Shown: positions 8,812 to 18,208, numbered from the stretch's first letter. The stretch is 64,000 nt of DNA from Chloroflexota bacterium (GCA_023475345.1 JAMCWD010000031.1:1585-65584), one strand, 5' to 3'. Notes: generated by a model from the sequence alone, not told the origin. A program made the numbers and translations.

Positions 8812-10137
8812 TCAATAGAAAGTTTCGACCGCATCTATATCACAACCGGGAGATTCGGAATTGTCATCTCTGGGCGACATATCGACTATTTTTATGTACC
8901 TTGCTTTTGTAATACCGACCTGTGTCGGATCGAAATTGGTAATTCCGACTCCCAGTCCCACGTTCCTCCAGGGGCCGTCGGGCCTTGACGCCAGGAATAC
9001 CTGGTAAGCCTCGCCGGGAGTATCGGCAAACGCGCTGGAAGCTTCATAAACCTTCAATCCTATTCCCGGAATGCATGTAAAATCGTCGCCCATATCGAGG
9101 ATTATGAATCCTCCCCCGAGCGAAACGTAATTCTCGGCGCCTCCCCATGCGTCCGGCGGTCCGAGACTGTCGGCGGGGTCGTTGTGTTTATTGTTGTTCC
9201 CGTAAATCTGGTAATCTACCAGGGCTACGGCATAGCGCTGGTTCGGCGGGGGAAGCTCGGGCTGCTTGGGTTTGGGAGGAGCCTGGGGGGTGGGGGCAGG
9301 AGCGGGTTCGGGAGCAGGAGCAGGTGCAGGTTGTGCCACCGGCGGTTGTGCCTGTGCTGGTGCCGGGGCCGGGGCTGACTGTGCCTGTGCCGCCGCCGGG
9401 GATGGCTGTACCGCCGGCGAAGGCGTAGCTGCAGGGGTCGTCTTAGGCGTATATTTGGGAATGGTTACTTTGCCTTTTTTATCAGCGGTTCCGGCTTTTG
9501 GCGCCTCTGCAGTTTTGACTGCTTCCACCTGGGCCGTCATTTGGAAATTTGAAAAATAAACCGGCCCCTTCGACAGACAACTGAATCCGAAGCTCCCTGT
9601 TTTGATAGAGGTGTCCTCTATATCGAGGATCTGGTTGCCGCCTATGGTAAAGGTCAACTCGTCGCCTTTTGCGGTTATCTCTACGGCCTGGTTAACCCCG
9701 ACGTTGAATTTATATTTGGATTTCAGCTTCTCTTCGCTTTTGCCGTTTACCGCTTTTATGAACTGGACGTAGCTGTTGTTTTGATCCAGGTCACTTTTAA
9801 TTACGAAAACATAGAAGTTATTGGCATCCTGGTAGCGGATGAAATTGGGGATCTCTGTAACTCCGTCCATGAATTTGAGGGTATATTTGACCGAGATATC
9901 ACGGGATTTCAGATCGCCGGTGAACATCTTGGCGTTATTGAGGTCAGTCCTGGGAGGGTTGTTCGAAGCCGGGATATAAATCAGTTCCCCTTTTTCGCCG
10001 GTTGACCAGAAACGGGGAGCCTGCGGCTCGCGATCCCATTCATAATTGCTCCATGAGAACGGGAGCGCCATCGCCGACAACGAACATGCAAGAATCAGTA
10101 TAACCGTCAGCATCGTCTTTTTCATCATATTGCCCAC
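8812..10137 (-). CDS. Secreted two-domain protein with a long Pro/Ala-rich linker
   Basis: Signal peptide MKKTMLTVILILACSLSAMA. N-terminal beta-sandwich-like domain, a roughly 70-residue PA-rich linker (…PAPAPAQAQPPVAQPAPAPAPEPAPAPTPQAPPKPKQPELPPP), and a C-terminal domain ending SPGCDIDAVETFY. Confidence 0.75.
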   Translation of the reverse strand: MGNMMKKTMLTVILILACSLSAMALPFSWSNYEWDREPQAPRFWSTGEKGELIYIPASNNPPRTDLNNAKMFTGDLKSRDISVKYTLKFMDGVTEIPNFIRYQDANNFYVFVIKSDLDQNNSYVQFIKAVNGKSEEKLKSKYKFNVGVNQAVEITAKGDELTFTIGGNQILDIEDTSIKTGSFGFSCLSKGPVYFSNFQMTAQVEAVKTAEAPKAGTADKKGKVTIPKYTPKTTPAATPSPAVQPSPAAAQAQSAPAPAPAQAQPPVAQPAPAPAPEPAPAPTPQAPPKPKQPELPPPNQRYAVALVDYQIYGNNNKHNDPADSLGPPDAWGGAENYVSLGGGFIILDMGDDFTCIPGIGLKVYEASSAFADTPGEAYQVFLASRPDGPWRNVGLGVGITNFDPTQVGITKARYIKIVDMSPRDDNSESPGCDIDAVETFY

Positions 10138-10151
10138 ACCTCCAAATTATT

Positions 10152-10186
10152 TGCGGGTCAGGCTTTCTTCGGCCCGCATTTTTTTT
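10152..10186. other. Intergenic GC hairpin flanked by an A/T run, between the two minus-strand secreted-protein genes
   Basis: TGCGGG (10152-10157) pairs with CCCGCA (10173-10178). T8 at 10179-10186 is on the plus strand. On the coding (minus) strand the stem is followed only by AATAATTTGG, so it is a weak terminator or attenuator at best. Confidence 0.35.
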
Positions 10187-10201
10187 ATGATTAAACCCGA
10201 C

Positions 10202-13200
10202 TTACAACCTTCTTTTTATCTTTGTGATATTACCCGCCTCGTCGGCAACTTTGAATTCCAGCGTATGACGGCCCGGCTTATTGACTGCAAGGCCGAACGT
10301 AAACGACTCCTTTATGGAATCGAAAAGCAGATCGCGCGGCAATATCTCCTGTTCCGGCAGGTCATCCAGCTTTACGGACATTGACTTTATCTTTACAACG
10401 GGCGACGATGCTTCGGCCATAACATTGATCGTATCGCCGTCTTCGGAAAGCTTCAATATGCTCAGCGATAAATCCGGGTTCGTATTACAGATCGTGAAAG
10501 GCCGGGATATTGCTTCTCCCGAGAAAGCGCCGTTCTTCTTCGGGTCGGAGCTTTCGGCCCGTATCTTCAATGTGTAAACGCCGTCCTGGAGCGTACCGGT
10601 ATTGAACAGGTACCGGTATTTGCCGTTCTTGCCGCAGCCCGGGCTGTATGATTTTATGACAGGTTTCCAGGTATTGCCCCCGTCATTGCTGTATTCTATC
10701 GTGAATGCCAGCGCGCCTCCGCCCGGAGAGAAAATTTCCCAGATTATGTTTTGCTGTTTGGACCATGCATCCCCGGCATCCGGTGAGTCGAGCACAATCA
10801 GCGGCGGCTGTGTAAGATAACGGTAATACAAATTCAAACCCTGGAGTCTCGGCGAATTATTTTTATCATCGGCATTGAGCCGTAAACGGTACTGGAGATA
10901 GCGGTTGTCCGTAACCAGGAGTTTGGCATCGGTTATGCTTTTCAGCGGAGCCCCGGTACACCAGGCGGTCCAGCTTTTATCCGGGACAGGGGTGGCGCCG
11001 CTTCGGGCGTCAAGGGTGATATCGCCCCCGGGCGGGACCTGGGATATCGAGTTCCATGTCCCCCACTGGGCGATCATGTCCGATTCAAGCACCTGTGAAG
11101 TATACACTCCTGACGGAGCAGGCCCCGGGCCGAATTTCAAAATTGCCGGCGGGAACGATGACCCGGCCAGGATTTCGTCCTTATCCACCGCAAGGCCGGT
11201 TACCTGGGCGGAGTTTGTAGTCAGGAGCTTATAAATGCGCTCACCGGGCGTTATTTTGAATATCTGCCCGTTCTTACCCCCGCCTGCATATATAATCCCT
11301 TCAGGCGTGCTTACAACAGCCGTAAACGGGCCGTTTTTCAGAGAATGTCTCTTTATTTTCCCGTCCGGGTAAATCTTGTAAATGTTATCGCCGCTTGTAG
11401 CCCAGATGTCCCTGTTCTGTGTTACCGCAAGCGCATCACAATCTCCTGACAGGGTGATCAAAGGCACAGGGACGCCGTTTATGAACTGGTAAACGGTTCC
11501 GGGAGAAGCACAGCCGATGACCGGCTCGCTGTCGGAAAATTTTGCAAGCGATGTTACATGGAGGCAGGGAGGCTCGAATACTGTCGTGGGGAATTTCCCG
11601 TTTCTAAGGCGTATTACTTTGGCGGGGTTCCCGAGACCTATAAGTAGGCCTCCGTCTTCTTCAGGCAGAATAGACCAGACATAAGTGCATTTGCCGTTGT
11701 ATATCTCTTCCGGCTCGTTTTTATTGTTTGCAATACGGAAGACCTTCCCGTGGGGAGACGTCCCTGCTATGATATCGCCTTTCGAATCGAGGCACAGCGC
11801 AGTAACCGCAATATCCGGGACTTTATATGTTGCTTTGACTTTCCCCTCAGGCGATATGCGGTAGATTTTTCCCGTCGAGCCGATGGAGGCGATTATTCCG
11901 CCCGGTGTATCGTCGGGTATAATTTTCCAGATGATACCTTCGTTCATGGAGAATATGGAATCAGCCGTCGGAGCAAGCGAAAGTTCCCCGGTGGATGAGA
12001 GGGCTATTTTTTCGAATGTGCCGGGCTCGAAATCGGACATTTTACTCCATGACCAGGCAAGCGTATCGTGATCGGGTAATTCCCTGGCCTTTGAAAGGCT
12101 TTTTTTAGTTTTAGAAAGAGCCGCCGCTTCGAGGTCCGCCAGTTCGTCATCGAGCGCGACGCCGTCATTATAATCGTAGGTGGTTAATTTGCCGTACGTT
12201 GTATCTATCGATATTTTTTCTTCAGGTGTTGTTACCGGCTTTTGAGGAGCTTTTTTTTCGGGAGGCCCGGGGAGTTTCTCTATTGATACTTTCAGCTTCT
12301 GGGACCCCTGGATCAGGCCGTCGAAATCTTTTTTCAGGATCAATAAATCCTGCGTCTGGCCGACCTGGCTGTCAGGTCCCGCCAGGAAAGCGTTGACGAG
12401 AGATGTCGGCATCAGGGGGAAATTTGTTCCCCGTACTCTCAGCCCGCTCCTGGGATAGATAACATTGACTACAAGCTGGTAATTCTTCTCTTTTTCCACC
12501 ATGTAATAAAGCAGTTGGTCGAAATCCATGATATCCTGGGTCTCCAGATTCATCGATTGGGCCATCTTGTAAGCGTTTTCCCCCCCGGTAACCGCTATCT
12601 GTATCTCGTCCTCATCTACACCGGCAGGTACGGGGATGGTGAAATTTTGTATTTCCGACCCCCCTCCGTATTTCGAAAGAAGAACTCCCAGGTCTATCGA
12701 TTCGCCCGGGGCATAAGACGGCTTTAATGTAAAAATTCTTTCCACGTTATATGCTCTTTTGCCCGGCGTTACCTCGACATCTACATTAAGCGCCGCGAAT
12801 TTTGACGGCGCGAACTGGTTTTCAGCCAGCATCGAAAGATATTCCCTGCCCTGCAGGAATGAAGACGCCCCTACATCATTGCCAGCTTCCAGGTCCTCGA
12901 ATTGGACCGACCTGTTGCCGGGAAGCGAGATATTATACTTGATCCTCGCGGTGTTATCGCTGCTGCCGACGGAAAGGTTTTCAAAAGCGTCTAAAATGGA
13001 ATAGCCGAAGAGCAGCGGTGAAAAATAGGGGTTCTGCGATATTTTAATTTTATAGGTGAGATTTTGATCGTGTTTATAATCTTTCATCCTGATTGTAGCC
13101 GGGAAAGCGTTTCCCTGCTTGCCTATAATCCCCCGCACGGCATGGAGCCTGTCGTTGGAAATAACGCCGACCGGCCTTATCACGCCGCAGATTTTAAAAG

Positions 13201-14080
13201 CATGGTAAATGCTGGGCATTATGCCGAAGACGTACGAGGAGGTCATCGGGAAATCGAGTTCCCCGCAGTTTATGAAGGGATGGCCGAACGCAAGGAGCTG
13301 GTCGCCTTTCCTGTAAGTAACGGTGCCTGTCCCGGTCATCGTCAGGTCGCCTGAAACCATGAGAAGACCCACTGCGGCGCCGGGCACAAGGTCGGGGCTT
13401 GGCAGTTTGTTGGTATAGGAGTACCCCGAACCGCCAGCCTGGACGCATATCAGGTTGTGTCCGGCAAGCTCTTTCTGCATCTCTTTGAAAACCCTGTCGG
13501 AAAAACCGCCCACCTGTAAGTATGAATCGCAAGGATACAACACGAGGGTATCTGACGCGGGCCGGGCCTTATCGCCGATTTGCCCCATCTTTACCGTGGA
13601 ATATTTCCTGCCGTTGACAATGATCGGCTCCAGGAGCGGCCTGGGGGAATGCGAGATTTTATTGCCGGTCGTCCTTGCCGTGTTTTCAGGCAGGTATTGA
13701 AGCATGTTTTCAATCGGCGTTATGCCGCCTATAGGTTCCTGCGTGAACCCCCAGCCGTAAGCCACCGCGCCTATCAGCCTCCCGTTTATATAAACGGGGG
13801 AGCCGCTCATGCCTGCGATGACGCCGATCTTGTGGTCAACGGGGTAGCCGCTGTCTATCCGGAAAAGTATGACTTCGCCGTCCGCGATGAAATTATCTAT
13901 TACGCCGAGAATCGTAACATCGAATTTTTCTATCTTCGTGCCCTTGAAAACAGTGAGGCCGTAGCCCTTCATCCCCGGCCTGATCTCGCCGAGCGGCATG
14001 ATTTCGGTGTTTTTTGCAAGTGCGGATACGGGCGTTATAAGGATGAATATAACTGTCAAAAAGACGAGAAGACGTTTCAT
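10202..14080 (-). CDS. Large secreted S55 (SpoIVB-type) serine peptidase-domain protein with a beta-propeller-like repeat region and a BNR/Ig-like C-terminus
   Basis: 1292 aa. Signal peptide MKRLLVFLTVIFILITPVSALA. GVIAGMSGSPVYINGRLIGAVAYGW resembles the SpoIVB catalytic-Ser block and GTGTVTYRKGDQLLAFGHPF the S55 core. Seven recurrences of a G-x-[IV]-[YF]-[KR]-I-type motif (GKIYRISPEGK, GKVFRIANNK, AKVIRLRNGK, GTVYQFINGV, DNIYKIYPDGK, GQIFKITPGER, AILKFGPG). Asp-box SNDGGNTW. Confidence 0.8.
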   Translation of the reverse strand: MKRLLVFLTVIFILITPVSALAKNTEIMPLGEIRPGMKGYGLTVFKGTKIEKFDVTILGVIDNFIADGEVILFRIDSGYPVDHKIGVIAGMSGSPVYINGRLIGAVAYGWGFTQEPIGGITPIENMLQYLPENTARTTGNKISHSPRPLLEPIIVNGRKYSTVKMGQIGDKARPASDTLVLYPCDSYLQVGGFSDRVFKEMQKELAGHNLICVQAGGSGYSYTNKLPSPDLVPGAAVGLLMVSGDLTMTGTGTVTYRKGDQLLAFGHPFINCGELDFPMTSSYVFGIMPSIYHAFKICGVIRPVGVISNDRLHAVRGIIGKQGNAFPATIRMKDYKHDQNLTYKIKISQNPYFSPLLFGYSILDAFENLSVGSSDNTARIKYNISLPGNRSVQFEDLEAGNDVGASSFLQGREYLSMLAENQFAPSKFAALNVDVEVTPGKRAYNVERIFTLKPSYAPGESIDLGVLLSKYGGGSEIQNFTIPVPAGVDEDEIQIAVTGGENAYKMAQSMNLETQDIMDFDQLLYYMVEKEKNYQLVVNVIYPRSGLRVRGTNFPLMPTSLVNAFLAGPDSQVGQTQDLLILKKDFDGLIQGSQKLKVSIEKLPGPPEKKAPQKPVTTPEEKISIDTTYGKLTTYDYNDGVALDDELADLEAAALSKTKKSLSKARELPDHDTLAWSWSKMSDFEPGTFEKIALSSTGELSLAPTADSIFSMNEGIIWKIIPDDTPGGIIASIGSTGKIYRISPEGKVKATYKVPDIAVTALCLDSKGDIIAGTSPHGKVFRIANNKNEPEEIYNGKCTYVWSILPEEDGGLLIGLGNPAKVIRLRNGKFPTTVFEPPCLHVTSLAKFSDSEPVIGCASPGTVYQFINGVPVPLITLSGDCDALAVTQNRDIWATSGDNIYKIYPDGKIKRHSLKNGPFTAVVSTPEGIIYAGGGKNGQIFKITPGERIYKLLTTNSAQVTGLAVDKDEILAGSSFPPAILKFGPGPAPSGVYTSQVLESDMIAQWGTWNSISQVPPGGDITLDARSGATPVPDKSWTAWCTGAPLKSITDAKLLVTDNRYLQYRLRLNADDKNNSPRLQGLNLYYRYLTQPPLIVLDSPDAGDAWSKQQNIIWEIFSPGGGALAFTIEYSNDGGNTWKPVIKSYSPGCGKNGKYRYLFNTGTLQDGVYTLKIRAESSDPKKNGAFSGEAISRPFTICNTNPDLSLSILKLSEDGDTINVMAEASSPVVKIKSMSVKLDDLPEQEILPRDLLFDSIKESFTFGLAVNKPGRHTLEFKVADEAGNITKIKRRL

Positions 14081-14156
14081 TGATCCCTCTTTTCAGCGTC
14101 AGGCGCACAATATTGATTGTATTGAATTCGGAAAAAGCCCCGCCATTCCCTTTTTT

Positions 14157-14318
14157 GAGCCTGTCTAAAAAGTCTCTGCACACTCCTGTTTCGGGGGTCA
14201 GGGCTTGAATCTTGTACCTTGAATATACTTTTACCTTAATAAACATCAGGATTTCCGGCAAGCTCAAGATTCAAGACCTTACCCCCTTAAGGCTCCTTTG
14301 AACTTTTTAGACAGGCTT
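14157..14318. repeat. Long imperfect inverted repeat (two arms of about 56 nt around a 50-nt centre)
   Basis: GCCTGTCTAAAAAGT (14159-14173) versus ACTTTTTAGACAGGC (14302-14316) is 15/15 complementary. GGGGGTCAGGGCTTGAATCTTG (14193-14214) versus CAAGATTCAAGACCTTACCCCC (14265-14286) is 20/22. T6 runs flank both ends (14151-14156 and 14317-14322). Confidence 0.8.
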
Positions 14319-14465
14319 TTTTGCCGGAGGTTATGTTATCTTTAATTTATTGGCGTCAACCTGATAATTCCCGGAAGCTTGCTTTCGGGTTATTCGCTTA
14401 TTGCCGTTAATCAAGGTTTATTGCCAGGAGCGGGCATTTCTGGTAGAATTATTCACAGATTTATT

Positions 14466-15758
14466 ATGACGGCAATGATTTTTCTAACATTAACGCAGAG
14501 CGTCTCGGGAAAAGGGAACTCGATATTAGTACTATTAATTATTATCGTTATTATCGGGTTTTTTGCATTGCTGCCCGTTTTATTCCGTCCGCCCCGCAAA
14601 AAAGGCGCCCCGGATATGTCAAAGGACGAAAAGGCCGTCCAGAGACGCATCGATGAGCTGAGCAGCCGCTGGGAAGCCGTTTCCAGGGTGTTTACATCGC
14701 TTACATCGATACCCGACGCCGAAAGGCTTTTTGAAATTATCCCCTCCACCGTGAGAAATATCATGAAGGCGAAATATGCCGCTCTTTTCCTGAAAGATGA
14801 AGAAAAAGAACATGAATTCAACCTGAAATCTTATGACGGCATAACTGTTGAAACGGCCAAAGCGCTTAAAATTGACGAAAGCCTCCCCTTCGTTAAATTC
14901 ATGCTGAAAAGCTCCCACCCGATAAATATCGGCCAGAATGACAGGGATTTCAAATTTTTCACACGCTTCAAGGAAAAGTTCAAGCATGTCCTGTTATACC
15001 CGATGTACGTTAAAGAAAAAATGATCGGCTTCCTTTTGATTTCAGACCGGGAAGACGGCCAGAAATTCGACCGGAACGACCTGGAGATAATGAATATTAT
15101 CGTGAAGCCTGTCGGCTACGCCCTGGAAAACGCTTACCAGTACGATTATATCGGGAAACTGGCCGTGGGCCAGATTGTGAGCATGGCCAATTCTCTTGAA
15201 AAACGCGACGAATACACCAGGGGACATTCCGACCGCGTCGCCCAGTATTGTATGCTTATGACGCGCGCTATGATGCTCACGAAAGACCAGGCGGAAAGCC
15301 TGGAGATAGCGGCCAAACTCCACGATGTCGGCAAAATCGGCATACCGGACGCTGTCCTTTTAAAGCCGGGCAGGCTGACCGATGAAGAATTCGATGTAAT
15401 CAAAGAACACCCCACGCACAGCGCCGATATCATGACGCCGCTTTCGATCCTGTTTAAAAAAGAGATCCCGATAGTCCTGCATCATCATGAACGGTATGAC
15501 GGGACAGGGTACCCGGGCGGCCTGAAAAAAGATAATATACCCTTGGGCGCAAGGATCCTCGCCCTTGCCGATACTTACGACGCCATGACTTCCAACAGGC
15601 CTTACCGGAAAGCTTTCGAACCCGAAGAGGCATTGAAAAAAATGGCCGAATGCGGACATACGCAGTTCGATCCCGAACTCCTGAATATATTCCTCCAGAC
15701 AATGAAAAAATATCTTGCCTACAAGGAAAAATATCCCGAAGATCAGATCCCGATGTAA
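14466..15758 (+). CDS. Membrane-anchored GAF/HD-GYP domain protein (putative c-di-GMP phosphodiesterase)
   Basis: The ORF is open from TTG 14379; ATG 14466 (MTAMIFL…) is the likelier start. TM segment, GAF-like region, then HD-GYP motifs LHDVGKIGIPDAVLLKPGRLTDEEF and HHHERYDGTGYPGGL. Confidence 0.85.
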   Translation: MTAMIFLTLTQSVSGKGNSILVLLIIIVIIGFFALLPVLFRPPRKKGAPDMSKDEKAVQRRIDELSSRWEAVSRVFTSLTSIPDAERLFEIIPSTVRNIMKAKYAALFLKDEEKEHEFNLKSYDGITVETAKALKIDESLPFVKFMLKSSHPINIGQNDRDFKFFTRFKEKFKHVLLYPMYVKEKMIGFLLISDREDGQKFDRNDLEIMNIIVKPVGYALENAYQYDYIGKLAVGQIVSMANSLEKRDEYTRGHSDRVAQYCMLMTRAMMLTKDQAESLEIAAKLHDVGKIGIPDAVLLKPGRLTDEEFDVIKEHPTHSADIMTPLSILFKKEIPIVLHHHERYDGTGYPGGLKKDNIPLGARILALADTYDAMTSNRPYRKAFEPEEALKKMAECGHTQFDPELLNIFLQTMKKYLAYKEKYPEDQIPM

Positions 15759-15828
15759 GCTGAAGCCGAAGCGGGAAACAAACATCTATAAAATACAGGA
15801 TCCGGTGGATTTTGAAAGGGATGATTTT

Positions 15829-16056
15829 ATGTGCCTTGCCATACCGGCGAAGGTTCTAGAGATAAAAGGCCGAACGGCGGTCGTGGATATGGGCGGCGTC
15901 AACACCCCCGTTGACATATCCCTTGTCCAGGACGTGAAAACCGGCGATTATCTTATCATTCATGCAGGGTTTGCAATACAGGTACTCGATGAGGAAGAAG
16001 CCTTAGAGACGCTTACGCTTTTGCGCGAATTCCTTTCCTGCGGGGAGGAGCAGTGA
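15829..16056 (+). CDS. hypC: [NiFe]-hydrogenase maturation chaperone HypC
   Basis: 75 aa beginning MCLAIPAKVLEI…, with the obligatory N-terminal Met-Cys. The longer track ORF from 15715 is a read-through extension. Confidence 0.9.
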   Translation: MCLAIPAKVLEIKGRTAVVDMGGVNTPVDISLVQDVKTGDYLIIHAGFAIQVLDEEEALETLTLLREFLSCGEEQ

Positions 16057-17138
16057 AATATAAGGATGAATTTTCCGACCCGGCCCTTGCCTCCTCCCTG
16101 GTCTGCCGCATCAAGGAAACCGTTCCGGACCGGGAAGTTTCATTCATGGAAGTATGCGGCACGCACACCATGGCGATTCACAGGTACGGGATCAAAAGCC
16201 TCCTGCCCGAAAATATCAGGCTTCTTTCAGGTCCCGGCTGTCCTGTTTGCGTAACCCCCGTCTCTTACATGGACGCCGCAATACAATACTCCCGCGATCC
16301 CTGCTTCATGATTGCGACATTCGGAGACCTGTTCAGGGTGCCAGGCTCCGATTCCAGCCTTGCAATGGAGAAAGCCCTCGGAGGAGACATTAAAATCGTT
16401 TACTCCCCGCTGGGAGCGCTGGATCTTGCTCGCAGGAATCCTGAAAAACATGTGATTTTCCTGGGGATAGGATTCGAGACGACCCTGCCTGCAATAGCTT
16501 CGGCGATTGTTTATGCAAAAGAAGAAGATATGGATAATTTTTCGGTCCTTTTCGGAGGCAAGACAGTCCCCAATGTATTGAGGGTTCTTGCAGGAAGCCC
16601 GGACCTCAAGCTTGCGGGGCTTATACTCCCCGGCCATGTGAGCGCGATAATCGGCGTCGAGCCTTACAGGTTCCTGGCGTCCGAGTTTTCCATACCCTGC
16701 GCGATTACCGGCTTTGAGCCTCTCGATATTTTATTCTCTATCGCCCGCCTCCTGGATATGGTGAATAAAGGCAGGCCGGAGGTGCTCAACCTGTACCCCC
16801 GCACCGTTAAGGACGACGGGAACACCAGGGCATGCGATCTGATACAACGCGTTTTTTGCCCGGTAGATTCGGACTGGAGAGGGATCGGCCGGATCCCGGA
16901 AAGCGGCCTTGCAATAAGAGAAGAATTTGCCCGTTACGACGCCGCCCGGCGCTTCCCCATAGAAGTGCCGCCCGGAAAGGTTCACCCGGGTTGCCGTTGT
17001 GGTGAGGTTTTAAAAGGGGTCATTACACCGCTTGAATGCCCCCTTTTCGGAAAGGCATGCCATCCCGAATCGCCAATCGGCGCCTGCATGGTTTCCTCCG
17101 AGGGCACATGCGCCGCTTATTATAAGTACGGCACATGA
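16053..17138 (+). CDS. hypD: [NiFe]-hydrogenase maturation protein HypD
   Basis: GTG start overlapping the hypC stop (GTGA). Motifs FMEVCGTHT and GPGCPVCV, plus a C-terminal Cys cluster (GCRCGEVL…CPLFGKAC…GACMVSSEGTCAAYY). Confidence 0.95.
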   Translation: MKYKDEFSDPALASSLVCRIKETVPDREVSFMEVCGTHTMAIHRYGIKSLLPENIRLLSGPGCPVCVTPVSYMDAAIQYSRDPCFMIATFGDLFRVPGSDSSLAMEKALGGDIKIVYSPLGALDLARRNPEKHVIFLGIGFETTLPAIASAIVYAKEEDMDNFSVLFGGKTVPNVLRVLAGSPDLKLAGLILPGHVSAIIGVEPYRFLASEFSIPCAITGFEPLDILFSIARLLDMVNKGRPEVLNLYPRTVKDDGNTRACDLIQRVFCPVDSDWRGIGRIPESGLAIREEFARYDAARRFPIEVPPGKVHPGCRCGEVLKGVITPLECPLFGKACHPESPIGACMVSSEGTCAAYYKYGT

Positions 17139-17205
17139 CCCTACAAGGAGATCGCGGCAGCCTCCGTGAAATAATCCCGGTAATTTATTTGCGGGATTGA
17201 TTATT

Positions 17206-18207
17206 ATGAATGAAAAAAATATTTTGCTTGCTCACGGGAGCGGCGGGCGGCTTTCGCATAACCTTGTAAAGAATATGATTATACCGCTGTTCAGCAACCC
17301 GGCGCTCGACCTCATGGACGATTCTGCCCGCATCTGTGTTCCAGGCGGGGAGATTGCGTTTACCACCGATTCGTTTGTAGTTACGCCGCGGTTTTTTCCG
17401 GGGGGCGATATCGGGTCGCTTTCGGTGTACGGGACTGCAAACGATCTGGCTGTTTGCGGAGCCGTGCCGGAGTATATGTCGCTTGCGCTGATTATCGAAG
17501 AAGGTTTTTCGACGGATGAACTTTCAAAGATCCTGGAATCTATAAAACATGGCGCGAAGAGGTGTTCCGTTAAAATTGTTACGGGCGACACGAAGGTTGT
17601 CGAGAAAGGGAGCGGCGACGGCATTTTTATAAATACCGCGGGTATAGGAAGGCTGACAGGTTATGATTTCAGGCCGTGCGTCCCCGGCGATCATATTATA
17701 ACCAGCGGGGATCTCGGCAGACACGGTGCGGCGGTGCTTGCCGCAAGAGAAGAGATATTCAGGGATAACAGGATCACCAGCGATTGTGGCCCGGTATTTC
17801 CACTTGTTTCAGCCGTCATGGAAGAGGTAAAAAGCGTTAAATTTATGAGAGACCCGACGCGGGGCGGCGCAGCCTCCGTCCTGAACGAGCTTGCCGAATC
17901 GGGATCGGTGGAGTTGAAAATCAACGAAGCCTGTCTGCCCCTGTCGTCAAGCGTTGAAGGCTTATGCGAGGCCCTGGGGATAGACCCTTTATATCTTGCC
18001 TGCGAGGGGAGGGTGATTTTTGTCGTCGGCAGGGAAGATGCGGAACGCACGGTTGAGATATTGAGAAAAACCCCCGGCGGGGAAGGCGCCGGAATAATCG
18101 GAGAGGTTACGGAAGGCAGACCCGGCAGGGTCATCATGGTAACTAAATTAGGTGGCAGGAGGATCCTGGATATGCCCGTAGGGGAGCCTTTGCCCAGGAT
18201 TTGCTGA
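17206..18207 (+). CDS. hypE: [NiFe]-hydrogenase maturation protein HypE
   Basis: MNEKNILLAHGSGG N-terminus (the ORF is open from TTG 17197), PurM-like fold, and the C-terminal PRIC motif carrying the carbamoyl/cyano-accepting Cys. Confidence 0.95.
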   Translation: MNEKNILLAHGSGGRLSHNLVKNMIIPLFSNPALDLMDDSARICVPGGEIAFTTDSFVVTPRFFPGGDIGSLSVYGTANDLAVCGAVPEYMSLALIIEEGFSTDELSKILESIKHGAKRCSVKIVTGDTKVVEKGSGDGIFINTAGIGRLTGYDFRPCVPGDHIITSGDLGRHGAAVLAAREEIFRDNRITSDCGPVFPLVSAVMEEVKSVKFMRDPTRGGAASVLNELAESGSVELKINEACLPLSSSVEGLCEALGIDPLYLACEGRVIFVVGREDAERTVEILRKTPGGEGAGIIGEVTEGRPGRVIMVTKLGGRRILDMPVGEPLPRIC

Positions 18208-18208
18208 G

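Noticed and set aside
9147-9559. Repetitive GC-rich stretch with several plus-strand ORFs; considered as a tandem repeat or CRISPR-like array
   Set aside because: It is the reverse complement of the Pro/Ala linker codons of the 441-aa secreted protein. The periodicity is codon-level low complexity, with no repeat-spacer structure.
10202-14080. Interpreting the S55 peptidase (together with sigH) as evidence of endospore formation, i.e. a SpoIVB orthologue
   Set aside because: The size is three times that of SpoIVB, there is no PDZ-like segment, and the propeller/BNR extension differs from SpoIVB architecture. No other sporulation genes are in the window, and S55 domains occur in non-sporulating phyla.
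14081-14378. c-di-GMP (GEMM) riboswitch upstream of the HD-GYP gene
   Set aside because: The context is attractive, but I cannot find the GEMM-I/II conserved features (tetraloop-receptor pair, conserved GCAAA/ACGCA-type cores) by eye. It is reported only as an unexplained inverted repeat. cmscan would settle the question.
15715-15828. N-terminal 38-residue extension of the hypC ORF given in the track
   Set aside because: HypC function requires Cys at position 2 after Met. The internal ATG at 15829 gives MCLAIP…, and the upstream part overlaps the HD-GYP gene's 3' end.
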